The position numbers were made by a program, and so were the translations under genes. A DNA stretch of 16,480 nt from Tubiluchus corallicola (lineage: Eukaryota; Animalia; Priapulida). Positions 7,140 to 15,176 of this stretch are shown here, piece by piece. The stretch lies in contig JAQGDQ010002506.1 of NCBI GenBank assembly GCA_030141605.1, forward strand, positions 1 to 16,480. The letters are read 5' to 3'. A model generated the notes under the pieces. That model saw only the letters and a program-made list of their open reading frames with translations. It was not told the origin of the DNA and ran no database searches. Position 1 is the stretch's first letter, and every line of letters starts with the position of its first letter.

Positions 7140-7176
7140 GTTATGATTTGACTCAAAGCAAAAGACAAGATACACC
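7140..7176. repeat. Isolated degenerate copy of the CRISPR repeat (candidate anti-repeat)
   Basis: GTTATGATTTGACTCAAAGCAAAAGACAAGATACACC versus the array repeat: 31 identities, 5 substitutions, 1 inserted base. No second repeat seen ~30 nt to either side. Confidence 0.9.
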
Positions 7177-7419
7177 CTTGCTACTTGTCGCCACGCGATC
7201 TGGAAAGATCATAAAATGAAACCTTCCCCAAATCGAAACAACTTTACCCATACTGAAAATAGATACTGAAAATTTTCAGCCCACTCACTCAAGCAAAGCA
7301 TGCAACAAAGAGCATCACAAAAACATCAGTAAAAAAACAACCCGATAAAAACCGCCATTAAAAACTCTTAACTGAAAAACAGCGAAAAAAAGAACTGCCA
7401 TTAAAGACTTGATCTTTTG

Positions 7420-7445
7420 GTTCTTTTGTGTCAAAACAAAAGAAC
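7420..7445. repeat. Stem-loop (REP-like or terminator-like)
   Basis: GTTCTTTTGT-GTCAAA-ACAAAAGAAC forms a perfect 10-bp stem, followed by an A tract that would be read upstream of the stem on the minus strand. It resembles dispersed CTTTTGGTT-CTTTT palindromes of Bacteroidota (from memory, unverified). Confidence 0.5.
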
Positions 7446-7468
7446 TTAAAAAAAAACTTAATTAAAAA

Positions 7469-8825
7469 CAATAGTTCGTTAAACATTTACATAAATATCT
7501 GACAATCAATAAAATAAATGTTGAAAAAATTAGGATAATCCCCCTGATAATCAGTATCTTAAAGTTGTTTTTGACCGACAATTTTAGACATGATTATCAA
7601 GGAAATATCAAGATATAAAGATCAGGTAAAAATGATTTTAAACCAAATGGAAGGAATAAATAAGTGGCAATTCGATTTTATGCTAGACATCTTCGGACTA
7701 TTTCTTAGTATCAAAGGAAAGATGAACTTTTTTCAATTTGGTAGATATGGAAATCACTGTGAGCAACGTTATAGATATCAATTTGAAAAAGGGTTTGATT
7801 TTATGACTTTTAACAAAGAGTCGGTAATCCATTACGCAAGCAACCATCAAGCCATAGCCTTTGATCCAAGCTATATAAGCAAGTCAGGAAAGCATACATC
7901 TGGGGCTGGTTACTTTTGGTCAGGATGTGCCGGCAAAACAAAATGGGGCTTAGAGATTGCAGGAATAGCAGCCGTTGATATTGATAATCATACAGCTTTT
8001 CATTTAGAAGCTATTCAAACCCCTAATAATCTTGAAGCAGAAAGTCTGGTTGATCATTACGCAAATGTTTTGATTCAACGCAAGGACAATCTGTTATGTG
8101 TATCAAAATACGTTTTGGCAGATGCCTATTTTTCAAAGAATAAGTTTGTAACCAAGCTTTGCGAAAATGGATTTGAAGTGATTAGTCGCCTGAGAGATGA
8201 TGCTAACTTACAATACAAATTTTATGGTCAGCAAAAAGCTGGTAGAGGAAGACCTAGAAAATATGAAGGAAAGATTGACTTTGATAATTTAAAATCAAAA
8301 TATTTTGAATGCTTTGAGCAAAACGAAAAATGCAAAATATACGGAGCAACAGTTTATGCAAAATCATTAAAACGAGATGTTAATCTTGTTGTTGTTTTTA
8401 CAAAAGGAACATCCCGAAAGTGGTCTCACAAGTTATACTTCTCTACTGATTTGCAAATGAAAGCCGAGACGATTCTTGAATATTATCAAGCCAGATTCCA
8501 GATTGAGTTCATTTACAGAGATGCAAAACAATATACCGGATTGAAAGACTGTCAGGCAAGAAGTGAAAATAAATTACATTTTCATTTTAATGCGTCTCTT
8601 ACTGCAGTCAATTTGGCCAAGATTAACCACTGGTTAGCTATACCAAAAATCAATAGAAATGCTTTTTCTATGGCCGATATAAAAACAATGTATCACAATG
8701 AATTACTGCTAAATAGATTTTTTAGCGTGTTCGCGGTGAGACCAAACTTAACCAAAAATAAATCCAAAATCAGAGAATTAATAACTTACGGCACTATCGC
8801 TGCATGATTATTTAACGAACTATTG
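7469..8825 (+). mobile_element. Complete insertion sequence, IS4-like DDE, 1357 bp
   Basis: Perfect 15-bp terminal IRs CAATAGTTCGTTAAA (7469-7483) and TTTAACGAACTATTG (8811-8825). Direct repeat TAAAAA at 7463-7468 and 8826-8831. Single transposase ORF inside. Confidence 0.93.
7590..8807 (+). CDS. DDE transposase (IS4/IS701-like)
   Basis: 405 aa with AFDPSYISKSGK, LADAYFS, ISRLRDDA, GRGRPRKY, and YQARFQIEFIYRDAK, which fits the Y-x2-R-x3-E-x6-K signature of IS4-family enzymes. Exact family needs ISfinder. Confidence 0.93.
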   Translation: MIIKEISRYKDQVKMILNQMEGINKWQFDFMLDIFGLFLSIKGKMNFFQFGRYGNHCEQRYRYQFEKGFDFMTFNKESVIHYASNHQAIAFDPSYISKSGKHTSGAGYFWSGCAGKTKWGLEIAGIAAVDIDNHTAFHLEAIQTPNNLEAESLVDHYANVLIQRKDNLLCVSKYVLADAYFSKNKFVTKLCENGFEVISRLRDDANLQYKFYGQQKAGRGRPRKYEGKIDFDNLKSKYFECFEQNEKCKIYGATVYAKSLKRDVNLVVVFTKGTSRKWSHKLYFSTDLQMKAETILEYYQARFQIEFIYRDAKQYTGLKDCQARSENKLHFHFNASLTAVNLAKINHWLAIPKINRNAFSMADIKTMYHNELLLNRFFSVFAVRPNLTKNKSKIRELITYGTIAA

Positions 8826-8849
8826 TAAAAAGACAAACCTTACAAAACC

Positions 8850-8877
8850 TTGCTAACATATATTTTATATACCTTAG
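8850..8877 (+). promoter_or_regulatory. Possible Bacteroidota sigma-A promoter for the outer-membrane receptor gene
   Basis: TTG (8850-8852), a 17-nt AT-rich spacer, then TACCTTAG (8870-8877), one mismatch from the TAnnTTTG -7 consensus. Confidence 0.3.
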
Positions 8878-9051
8878 CGGTTTTTTTAAAGGCAAAAGTC
8901 ATACTTGAAAACAACAAAACCAAAACAAAGCACCCTGGGCTCAAAGTGAGGGGAAACCCGATAAGGAATCACCTCTTATCAGTATAAACAAAGGCTTTAA
9001 GGAGGACTTTGGCAAAAATGTTAATTTGCAAAACTCACACACTATCAAACA

Positions 9052-11388
9052 ATGAAAAACAAAAATATACTTCTTACCCTCCCTTTTCTCCTTTACACAT
9101 CTATCCTATTTGCAACCAACAACTACATAACAGGCACCATAAAAGACGCAGAAGGGAAACCCCTGGCATACTCCACCGTAGCCATATATAAAGACTCTCT
9201 CATCATAACGGGGGTATCTGCCAACAAAGATGGAATCTTTATCATAGAAAACCTGGAAAAAGACAACTACACATTAGCAGTAAGCTTTGTGGGATATGAA
9301 ACCGTAGAGCGCAATGTAAACCTGCAAACCTCTATTGATATCGGCGCAGTAGTTCTGAAAGAGAGCAGCACAACACTGGAGGATATAAAAGTGGTGGGAG
9401 AGCTAAAACTGGTAAGTAGCGACGCCTCAAAAACAACCTTTGAAGTAACTGAAGCCATAAAAAACAGATCAAAGGATGTCTACGACATACTTCAGAATAT
9501 CCCAAACCTGACAGTCAATAACCTAAACAAAAGTATAGAGCTGGACGGGCAAAAAAACATCCTAATACTTATTAACGGGAGAAAAAGAGACAGCAATGAC
9601 CTAAACAGCATAGACCAAAAAAAAATTGAAAAAATAGAGATAATGAACAATCCGCCTGTCAGATACCTAAACGATGATATCTCTGCCGTGATCAACGTTA
9701 TTGTAAAAAGAGACAAAGAGCACGGCTTCTCCGGCGGAGTAACGGGAGTTGCCGATCCAGGCCTGCTTGTTCAGAATCTCGGATTGCGACGCTTTACATA
9801 TAACTATGGAGACGTAAGCCTCTACTCCAGCCTCTGGATAAACAACAACCCCAGACTAAGCATGGAAAGCGACATCACCAAAACATACCTCCAGGAAGAT
9901 GGCTCCATTCGCAAAATAGAACGTAAACCCTTTGGTGAAAACATGGCCTACTTTAACAGTACCTGGACAAACGCCGGATTGGACTTTTTCATAACTGATA
10001 AAAGCCTTTTGAATACGGAAGTTTCATTTTGGAGATCACAGGACAATCTCAAATTTAACCAGAAGGGCTTGGAGACAATAGACGGTAACACAATAAACAC
10101 CTTTCACACCACCGACATATTGCACCAAAACTACAACAACTTATCCTATAAGCTGTACTACCAATACAGCAACACCAAAAAGGGTCAAACACTGGTGGTG
10201 GATGCCAACTACTCCGTATATGGAGACAATAGTGATAAAAAATTTGAAACAGACACCCAGGGCGAAGTTGCCTCCATAGAACAACAACTGGAAAACGCAA
10301 AACAATCAGGTGTTCTACAGGTAGACTACAATCAGAAAATCAACAACCTCATATCCATAGAAGCAGGAAACAGAAGCTACTACCAATACCTGGAAATGGA
10401 GGAGGAAAATGCAGCGAGAAAAAACAATCTAGACTACAGAGATTTTCAAAACTACACCTACCTTGGGGTATCGGGAGAACTCCTGGACCGCTTTACATAT
10501 CAGCTGGGAGCAGGATACGACTACTCCGGCACAACACTAGACACTGCAACTTACACTTACCATAACTTCCTGCAAAGTGTAAACCTGCAATACAAACCGC
10601 ACACAAACCACAATATAAATGCGGGATACTCAAAAAAGCGCAAAAACCCATCTGTCAATAACATAAACCCATACGCACGCTACATAGACAGCACCTATAT
10701 AGAGCAGGGAAACCCCGAAGTAACCCCATACTTTATCAACCAGCTTAAACTTAGCTACTCCTTCTCCAAAGGGAAAATATATGTATCTCCTCAAACATCC
10801 TTCAACTTTATAGATGGTGTAATAGGAAAGCGGGGAAGCCTGGACGATGATGGTGTGTATACAGCAACCTACGACAACATTGCCGAATACAGACAACTAT
10901 ACTCCTCACTAAATGTCAACCTCAAACTTTTTGAATGGTGGAACCTTAAAGTGGATGGCATTCTCAATTATGAAGAGTATGACGACCCTGTCAATAACCT
11001 GCACAACAGCTCCTCTTCGTGGGGAACAAATGCTCAAAGCACATGGATATATAATCAAAGCTTGAGCCTTACTTTTGAGTACCAGAAAAAAGTGAACAAC
11101 GTAATGGCAAACGGATGGTCGACACAACCACAGGAAGTACACGTATGGCTAAACTGGAACATAAGTGACAACTGGAACACCACGGTAGGGGCAGCATATC
11201 TATTAGGCTATAAAGAAAAGGCCTACATCGAAGAGCCCAGCTATAAAGAAAAAAGAGAGACCACTATAAATGGGGTCCCGCTGATATTATGCATAATCAA
11301 CTACAGGTTTAACATAGGAAAACAGGGAAAAAGAATAGAGCGTAAAATAGACAACCAGGAGGAGCAAAAAACAGGTGGGGGATTTTAA
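9052..11388 (+). CDS. TonB-dependent-receptor-like outer membrane beta-barrel protein
   Basis: 778 aa with signal peptide, carboxypeptidase-regulatory-like N-domain (ITGTIKD-EG-PL-Y...VSFVGY), plug (DILQNIP...ILINGR...IEKIEI-NNP...AVINV), GNPEVTP motif and amphipathic aromatic beta strands ending INYRFN. Confidence 0.88.
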   Translation: MKNKNILLTLPFLLYTSILFATNNYITGTIKDAEGKPLAYSTVAIYKDSLIITGVSANKDGIFIIENLEKDNYTLAVSFVGYETVERNVNLQTSIDIGAVVLKESSTTLEDIKVVGELKLVSSDASKTTFEVTEAIKNRSKDVYDILQNIPNLTVNNLNKSIELDGQKNILILINGRKRDSNDLNSIDQKKIEKIEIMNNPPVRYLNDDISAVINVIVKRDKEHGFSGGVTGVADPGLLVQNLGLRRFTYNYGDVSLYSSLWINNNPRLSMESDITKTYLQEDGSIRKIERKPFGENMAYFNSTWTNAGLDFFITDKSLLNTEVSFWRSQDNLKFNQKGLETIDGNTINTFHTTDILHQNYNNLSYKLYYQYSNTKKGQTLVVDANYSVYGDNSDKKFETDTQGEVASIEQQLENAKQSGVLQVDYNQKINNLISIEAGNRSYYQYLEMEEENAARKNNLDYRDFQNYTYLGVSGELLDRFTYQLGAGYDYSGTTLDTATYTYHNFLQSVNLQYKPHTNHNINAGYSKKRKNPSVNNINPYARYIDSTYIEQGNPEVTPYFINQLKLSYSFSKGKIYVSPQTSFNFIDGVIGKRGSLDDDGVYTATYDNIAEYRQLYSSLNVNLKLFEWWNLKVDGILNYEEYDDPVNNLHNSSSSWGTNAQSTWIYNQSLSLTFEYQKKVNNVMANGWSTQPQEVHVWLNWNISDNWNTTVGAAYLLGYKEKAYIEEPSYKEKRETTINGVPLILCIINYRFNIGKQGKRIERKIDNQEEQKTGGGF

Positions 11389-11441
11389 AAAAACACAACC
11401 CCTCTCTTCTTCATCCCGGAAATCTTGCAAAACGAAAACAT

Positions 11442-12278
11442 TTAAAAAAAAGCGAAACTACCCCGCCTGGCACGCGCTTTACATCCCTGGCGAGTAGACA
11501 TAACAATAACAGACAACCCCAGTAAAAGAAGCAGACCATTAAAAAGATAGCTGACACCTGCCCCATACTGCGAAAATGTAACCCTGCTAAACTCTTCAGG
11601 AAACCATATGCTCAGTAAAACAAACCCGTTATAAATGGCGTGGCCTGTAATACACGCCAGGGTAGAACCCGTTCGCACCTTCACTACGCCAAGCACCAGC
11701 CCAAGAAAAAAGGTAGAGGGTAGCTGCCACGGATTTAAATGAAAAAGAGAAAAAAGAAGCGCTGAATATAAAACAGCTCTCAACCTGGAGTAGTTTCTTA
11801 AAAAACCATCCATTATCACCCCTCTAAACATAAGCTCCTCAACCACCGGGGCTATAATCACAACACGTAGAATACTCCCCAAAGCACTCTTTTTAGGCCC
11901 CACAACATGCTCCAGAAGCTCAATAAACCACACAGGAGCAGGCAAAAAACTATCCAGTACGGTGTTTATACCAAAGAGAAAGTGTTGCAAACCAACAAAA
12001 ACAAAGACCATTCCAGCTATTGACAACGCCGGAAATGGCCTGGCTGTAAATACGCTGCGAACGGGAGTATTCGAAAAACGGTACCCCAGGTAAAGAATAA
12101 AAGCAGTAATCCCAAAAAACAGAGGAGCTTTGATTGCCACAGAGTGGAGCCAGTCAGTACCATTATAATAATCGTATAACGACAGTGGAAAATCCACCAG
12201 CGAGTGTAGAAATATGTAGAGCACTACCAAATGTACTGCCGCCCAAAAAGTCGGATAATGTCTATTACCTTTCAACAT
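11442..12278 (-). CDS. CPBP family (CAAX/Abi-like) intramembrane metalloprotease
   Basis: 278 aa, hydrophobic, with APVVEELMFRG, SALLFSLFHLNPWQ and HAIYN motifs. Confidence 0.92.
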   Translation of the reverse strand: MLKGNRHYPTFWAAVHLVVLYIFLHSLVDFPLSLYDYYNGTDWLHSVAIKAPLFFGITAFILYLGYRFSNTPVRSVFTARPFPALSIAGMVFVFVGLQHFLFGINTVLDSFLPAPVWFIELLEHVVGPKKSALGSILRVVIIAPVVEELMFRGVIMDGFLRNYSRLRAVLYSALLFSLFHLNPWQLPSTFFLGLVLGVVKVRTGSTLACITGHAIYNGFVLLSIWFPEEFSRVTFSQYGAGVSYLFNGLLLLLGLSVIVMSTRQGCKARARRGSFAFF

Positions 12279-12335
12279 ACTGATACAGGTTTATGCACTC
12301 TTCACATTAAGACCATCTATTCCACCAGCCTGCCG

Positions 12336-13490
12336 TCAACCAACACCTCTTTTGCGCCCCCTCCCCGATCCCTCAAACAGTTCGTATGAGCAGTAGCTGC
12401 ACTTAAGAGCCCCATTATACAGTACAACCTTATTTGATGGCTTTAAGCCAATGCTCTTGAGCCCTTCCGTAGAACTGGAAATAATCCACGCAACATAACC
12501 GGCAAACTGCCGCTTAAGGGTGTCCCCAATCATCGAGTACAGCCCTCGCACAGCTCCCGGCATCATCCTCTGCCCGTAAGGGGGATTTATAATAACCACT
12601 CCGCCATTAGAGGGAGCTTTCAGTGTTGCAAAATCCTTTGTGCTCAGACCTACCTTTTTCAGAAGCCCGGCATTTCTAATATTTGACTTTGCTATAGTAA
12701 TATTTTTGGCAGAAATATCATACCCAAATAGCTCTGCAGACGAACACCTCTCATAATCGTCATTGTAAATCTCCTCAAACAACTTACTATCAAAATCATT
12801 CCACTTCTCAAATGCAAACGCTTTGCGGTATATCCCCGCAGGGATGCCATGTGCTATCATGGCTGCCTCTATAAGCAGCGTTCCCGAACCGCACATCGGA
12901 TCAACAAAGCTCTTCTCCTTATCCCACCCCGACAACATAATCATACCGGCAGCAAGCACCTCATTAATGGGAGCCTCATTCTGTGCAAGCCTGTAGCCTC
13001 TTCTATGCAGCGACTCCCCTGAACTGTCCAAAGATATAATACACTTTTTGCCAGAAAGATGTACATTAATCCTAATATCCGGGTTCTCCGTATCTATAGA
13101 CGGCCTCCTCCTCGTCTTGTTGCGAAACATGTCAACAATTGCATCCTTAACCTTCAATGACACAAACATCGAATTTAAGAACATATCAGAGTTCACAACA
13201 CTATCTACGGCAAATGTTTTCCCAAGTTCCATATACTCCATCCAATCCACTCCGCTCGCACCCTCATACAATCCCTCCCTGCTAGCTACATCAAATACGG
13301 CTATAGGCTTTAGCACCTTCAAAGCCGTACGGCAACAGAAATTTGACCTGTAAAGCAGCTCCTTATCTCCCTTAAACGTGACAGCACGATGCCCCTGCAC
13401 AACATCAGCCGCACCAAGCTGTGTCAGCTCCATAGCCAAAATATGCTCCAACCCTGCAAAGGTTTTAGCTGTCATACTAAACTCTTCCAT
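12336..13490 (-). CDS. THUMP-domain SAM-dependent rRNA methyltransferase (RlmL/YpsC-like)
   Basis: AKTFAGLE, KVKDAIVD, SLDSSGESLHRRGYR, APINEVLAA, DPMCGSGT and NPPYG motifs. ATG at 13490 preferred over TTG at 13493. Confidence 0.93.
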   Translation of the reverse strand: MEEFSMTAKTFAGLEHILAMELTQLGAADVVQGHRAVTFKGDKELLYRSNFCCRTALKVLKPIAVFDVASREGLYEGASGVDWMEYMELGKTFAVDSVVNSDMFLNSMFVSLKVKDAIVDMFRNKTRRRPSIDTENPDIRINVHLSGKKCIISLDSSGESLHRRGYRLAQNEAPINEVLAAGMIMLSGWDKEKSFVDPMCGSGTLLIEAAMIAHGIPAGIYRKAFAFEKWNDFDSKLFEEIYNDDYERCSSAELFGYDISAKNITIAKSNIRNAGLLKKVGLSTKDFATLKAPSNGGVVIINPPYGQRMMPGAVRGLYSMIGDTLKRQFAGYVAWIISSSTEGLKSIGLKPSNKVVLYNGALKCSYCSYELFEGSGRGRKRGVG

Positions 13491-13709
13491 CAAAATAGCT
13501 TATACAAATTATGAGGCCGCCGTATAAAAACCCATATTCCTGTTAATATTCTCCTAAAACCATCATTCACACCGGTAAACCGCGGCTCCCCGTCGAACCT
13601 CTACTCAACCTGAAAAAATAATTTTTCACCTTGCAAAGATTTCACCCTGACAGCCAGAAACTCTCAAAAACAAAAAAGAGAAATCAATACTCCCGAACAG
13701 ATACCTTTA

Positions 13710-15038
13710 TCAAACAATTCCCTGCTCAAGCATGGCATCAGCAACCTTTACAAAACCACCAATATTGGCACCCCTCACATAGTCTATCCGGCTTTTGCTC
13801 TGCCCATGCCTCTTGCACGTTTTGTGAACTTCGCGCATAATTAAATGTAGTCGCTTATCCACCTCTCCCTTTGTCCAGCTATGCCGCATACTATTTTGCG
13901 ACATCTCCAGGCCTGAAACAGCTACACCTCCCGCATTTACCGCCTTACCTGGCGCATATGCTATACGCTCAGACAACAGACCAACAGCCTCAGGCGTACA
14001 CCCCATGTTGGACACTTCACACACCATAAAGCAGCCATTCTCTAGCAACTGCCTCGCATCACTCTCATCCAGCTCATTCTCAGTAGCACAGGGTAGAGCA
14101 ATATCCACAGGGCACCCCCAAGGCTTCGCTCCGGGGGTAAACTCTGCTCCAAACTCCTCCGCATAGGGAGACACCACATCATTGTTGGTCATCCTCAACT
14201 CAAGAAGATAATCAACCTTATCTCCTGAAATACCATCTTTGTCATACACAAACCCATCAGGGCCCGAAACTGTAACAACCTTCCCTCCCAACTCATTTAT
14301 CTTGGTTATAACACCCCACGCTACATTGCCAAACCCGGACACAGCAAAACTGTGCCCCTCTATATCTTTCCCCTGCTCATTAAGCATGTGCCGGGCAAAA
14401 TAAACGGCACCAAAACCTGTAGCCTCCGGACGTATTAACGAACCACCCCAGTCCAGCCCTTTACCGGTAAGAACTCCTGAAAACTCATTCTGCATCCTCT
14501 TATATTGGCCAAAAAGATATCCAATCTCACGCCCCCCAACACCTATATCCCCCGCCGGAACATCTGTGTCCGGACCAATATGACGGCTCAACTCCATCAT
14601 AAATGACTGGCAAAAACGCATTATCTCGGCATCGCTTCTCATCCTAACACTAAAGTCAGACCCCCCCTTTCCACCTCCAAGCGGCAACGTGGTAAGGCTG
14701 TTCTTAAATGTCTGCTCAAACCCAAGAAACTTGAGAATACTCAAATTAACCGTGGAGTGAAAGCGCAGCCCTCCCTTATACGGGCCAAGCGCACTATTGA
14801 ACTCAACCCTGTAGCCACGATTAACCTCAACATCCCCATTATCCTTTGTCCAAGGAACCCTGAACATAACCACACGCTCCGGCTCAACCATGCGCTCAAG
14901 TATCCTCGCTTGCTTATACCTGGGATTTGAATCATAAATATCCCAAACCGACTCTACTACCTCTAAAACTGCCTGATGAAACTCTATCTCCCCTGGAGTA
15001 CGACTCTCCAGAGCACTCATAAACTTACCAATACTCAT
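13710..15038 (-). CDS. gdhB: Glutamate dehydrogenase, GdhB-like (probably NAD-preferring)
   Basis: 442 aa with GPYKGGLRFH, GGGKGGSDF, DVPAGDIGVG and RPEATG. GFGNVAW, SGPDG and SNMGCTPEA match the Bacteroides fragilis GdhB type as I recall it. Cofactor preference is inferred. Confidence 0.85.
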   Translation of the reverse strand: MSIGKFMSALESRTPGEIEFHQAVLEVVESVWDIYDSNPRYKQARILERMVEPERVVMFRVPWTKDNGDVEVNRGYRVEFNSALGPYKGGLRFHSTVNLSILKFLGFEQTFKNSLTTLPLGGGKGGSDFSVRMRSDAEIMRFCQSFMMELSRHIGPDTDVPAGDIGVGGREIGYLFGQYKRMQNEFSGVLTGKGLDWGGSLIRPEATGFGAVYFARHMLNEQGKDIEGHSFAVSGFGNVAWGVITKINELGGKVVTVSGPDGFVYDKDGISGDKVDYLLELRMTNNDVVSPYAEEFGAEFTPGAKPWGCPVDIALPCATENELDESDARQLLENGCFMVCEVSNMGCTPEAVGLLSERIAYAPGKAVNAGGVAVSGLEMSQNSMRHSWTKGEVDKRLHLIMREVHKTCKRHGQSKSRIDYVRGANIGGFVKVADAMLEQGIV

Positions 15039-15176
15039 ACCTTTACAAACATAAACTGTACGTGCCTGTAAAAATACCGGCTACAGTAACTAAAATAGTA
15101 GAGCTAAAGGATACCAACCCGGACACCTTCTCTCCCCGGTAGCATCTCTATATGCGCTCTTATAATAATTATAGTG

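Noticed and set aside
8885-9010. Riboswitch (c-di-GMP-like GGCAAA...CAAAGC) upstream of the receptor gene
   Set aside because: The required paired stems are missing; only a short GATAAG/CTTATC hairpin is seen. An Rfam cmscan would settle it.
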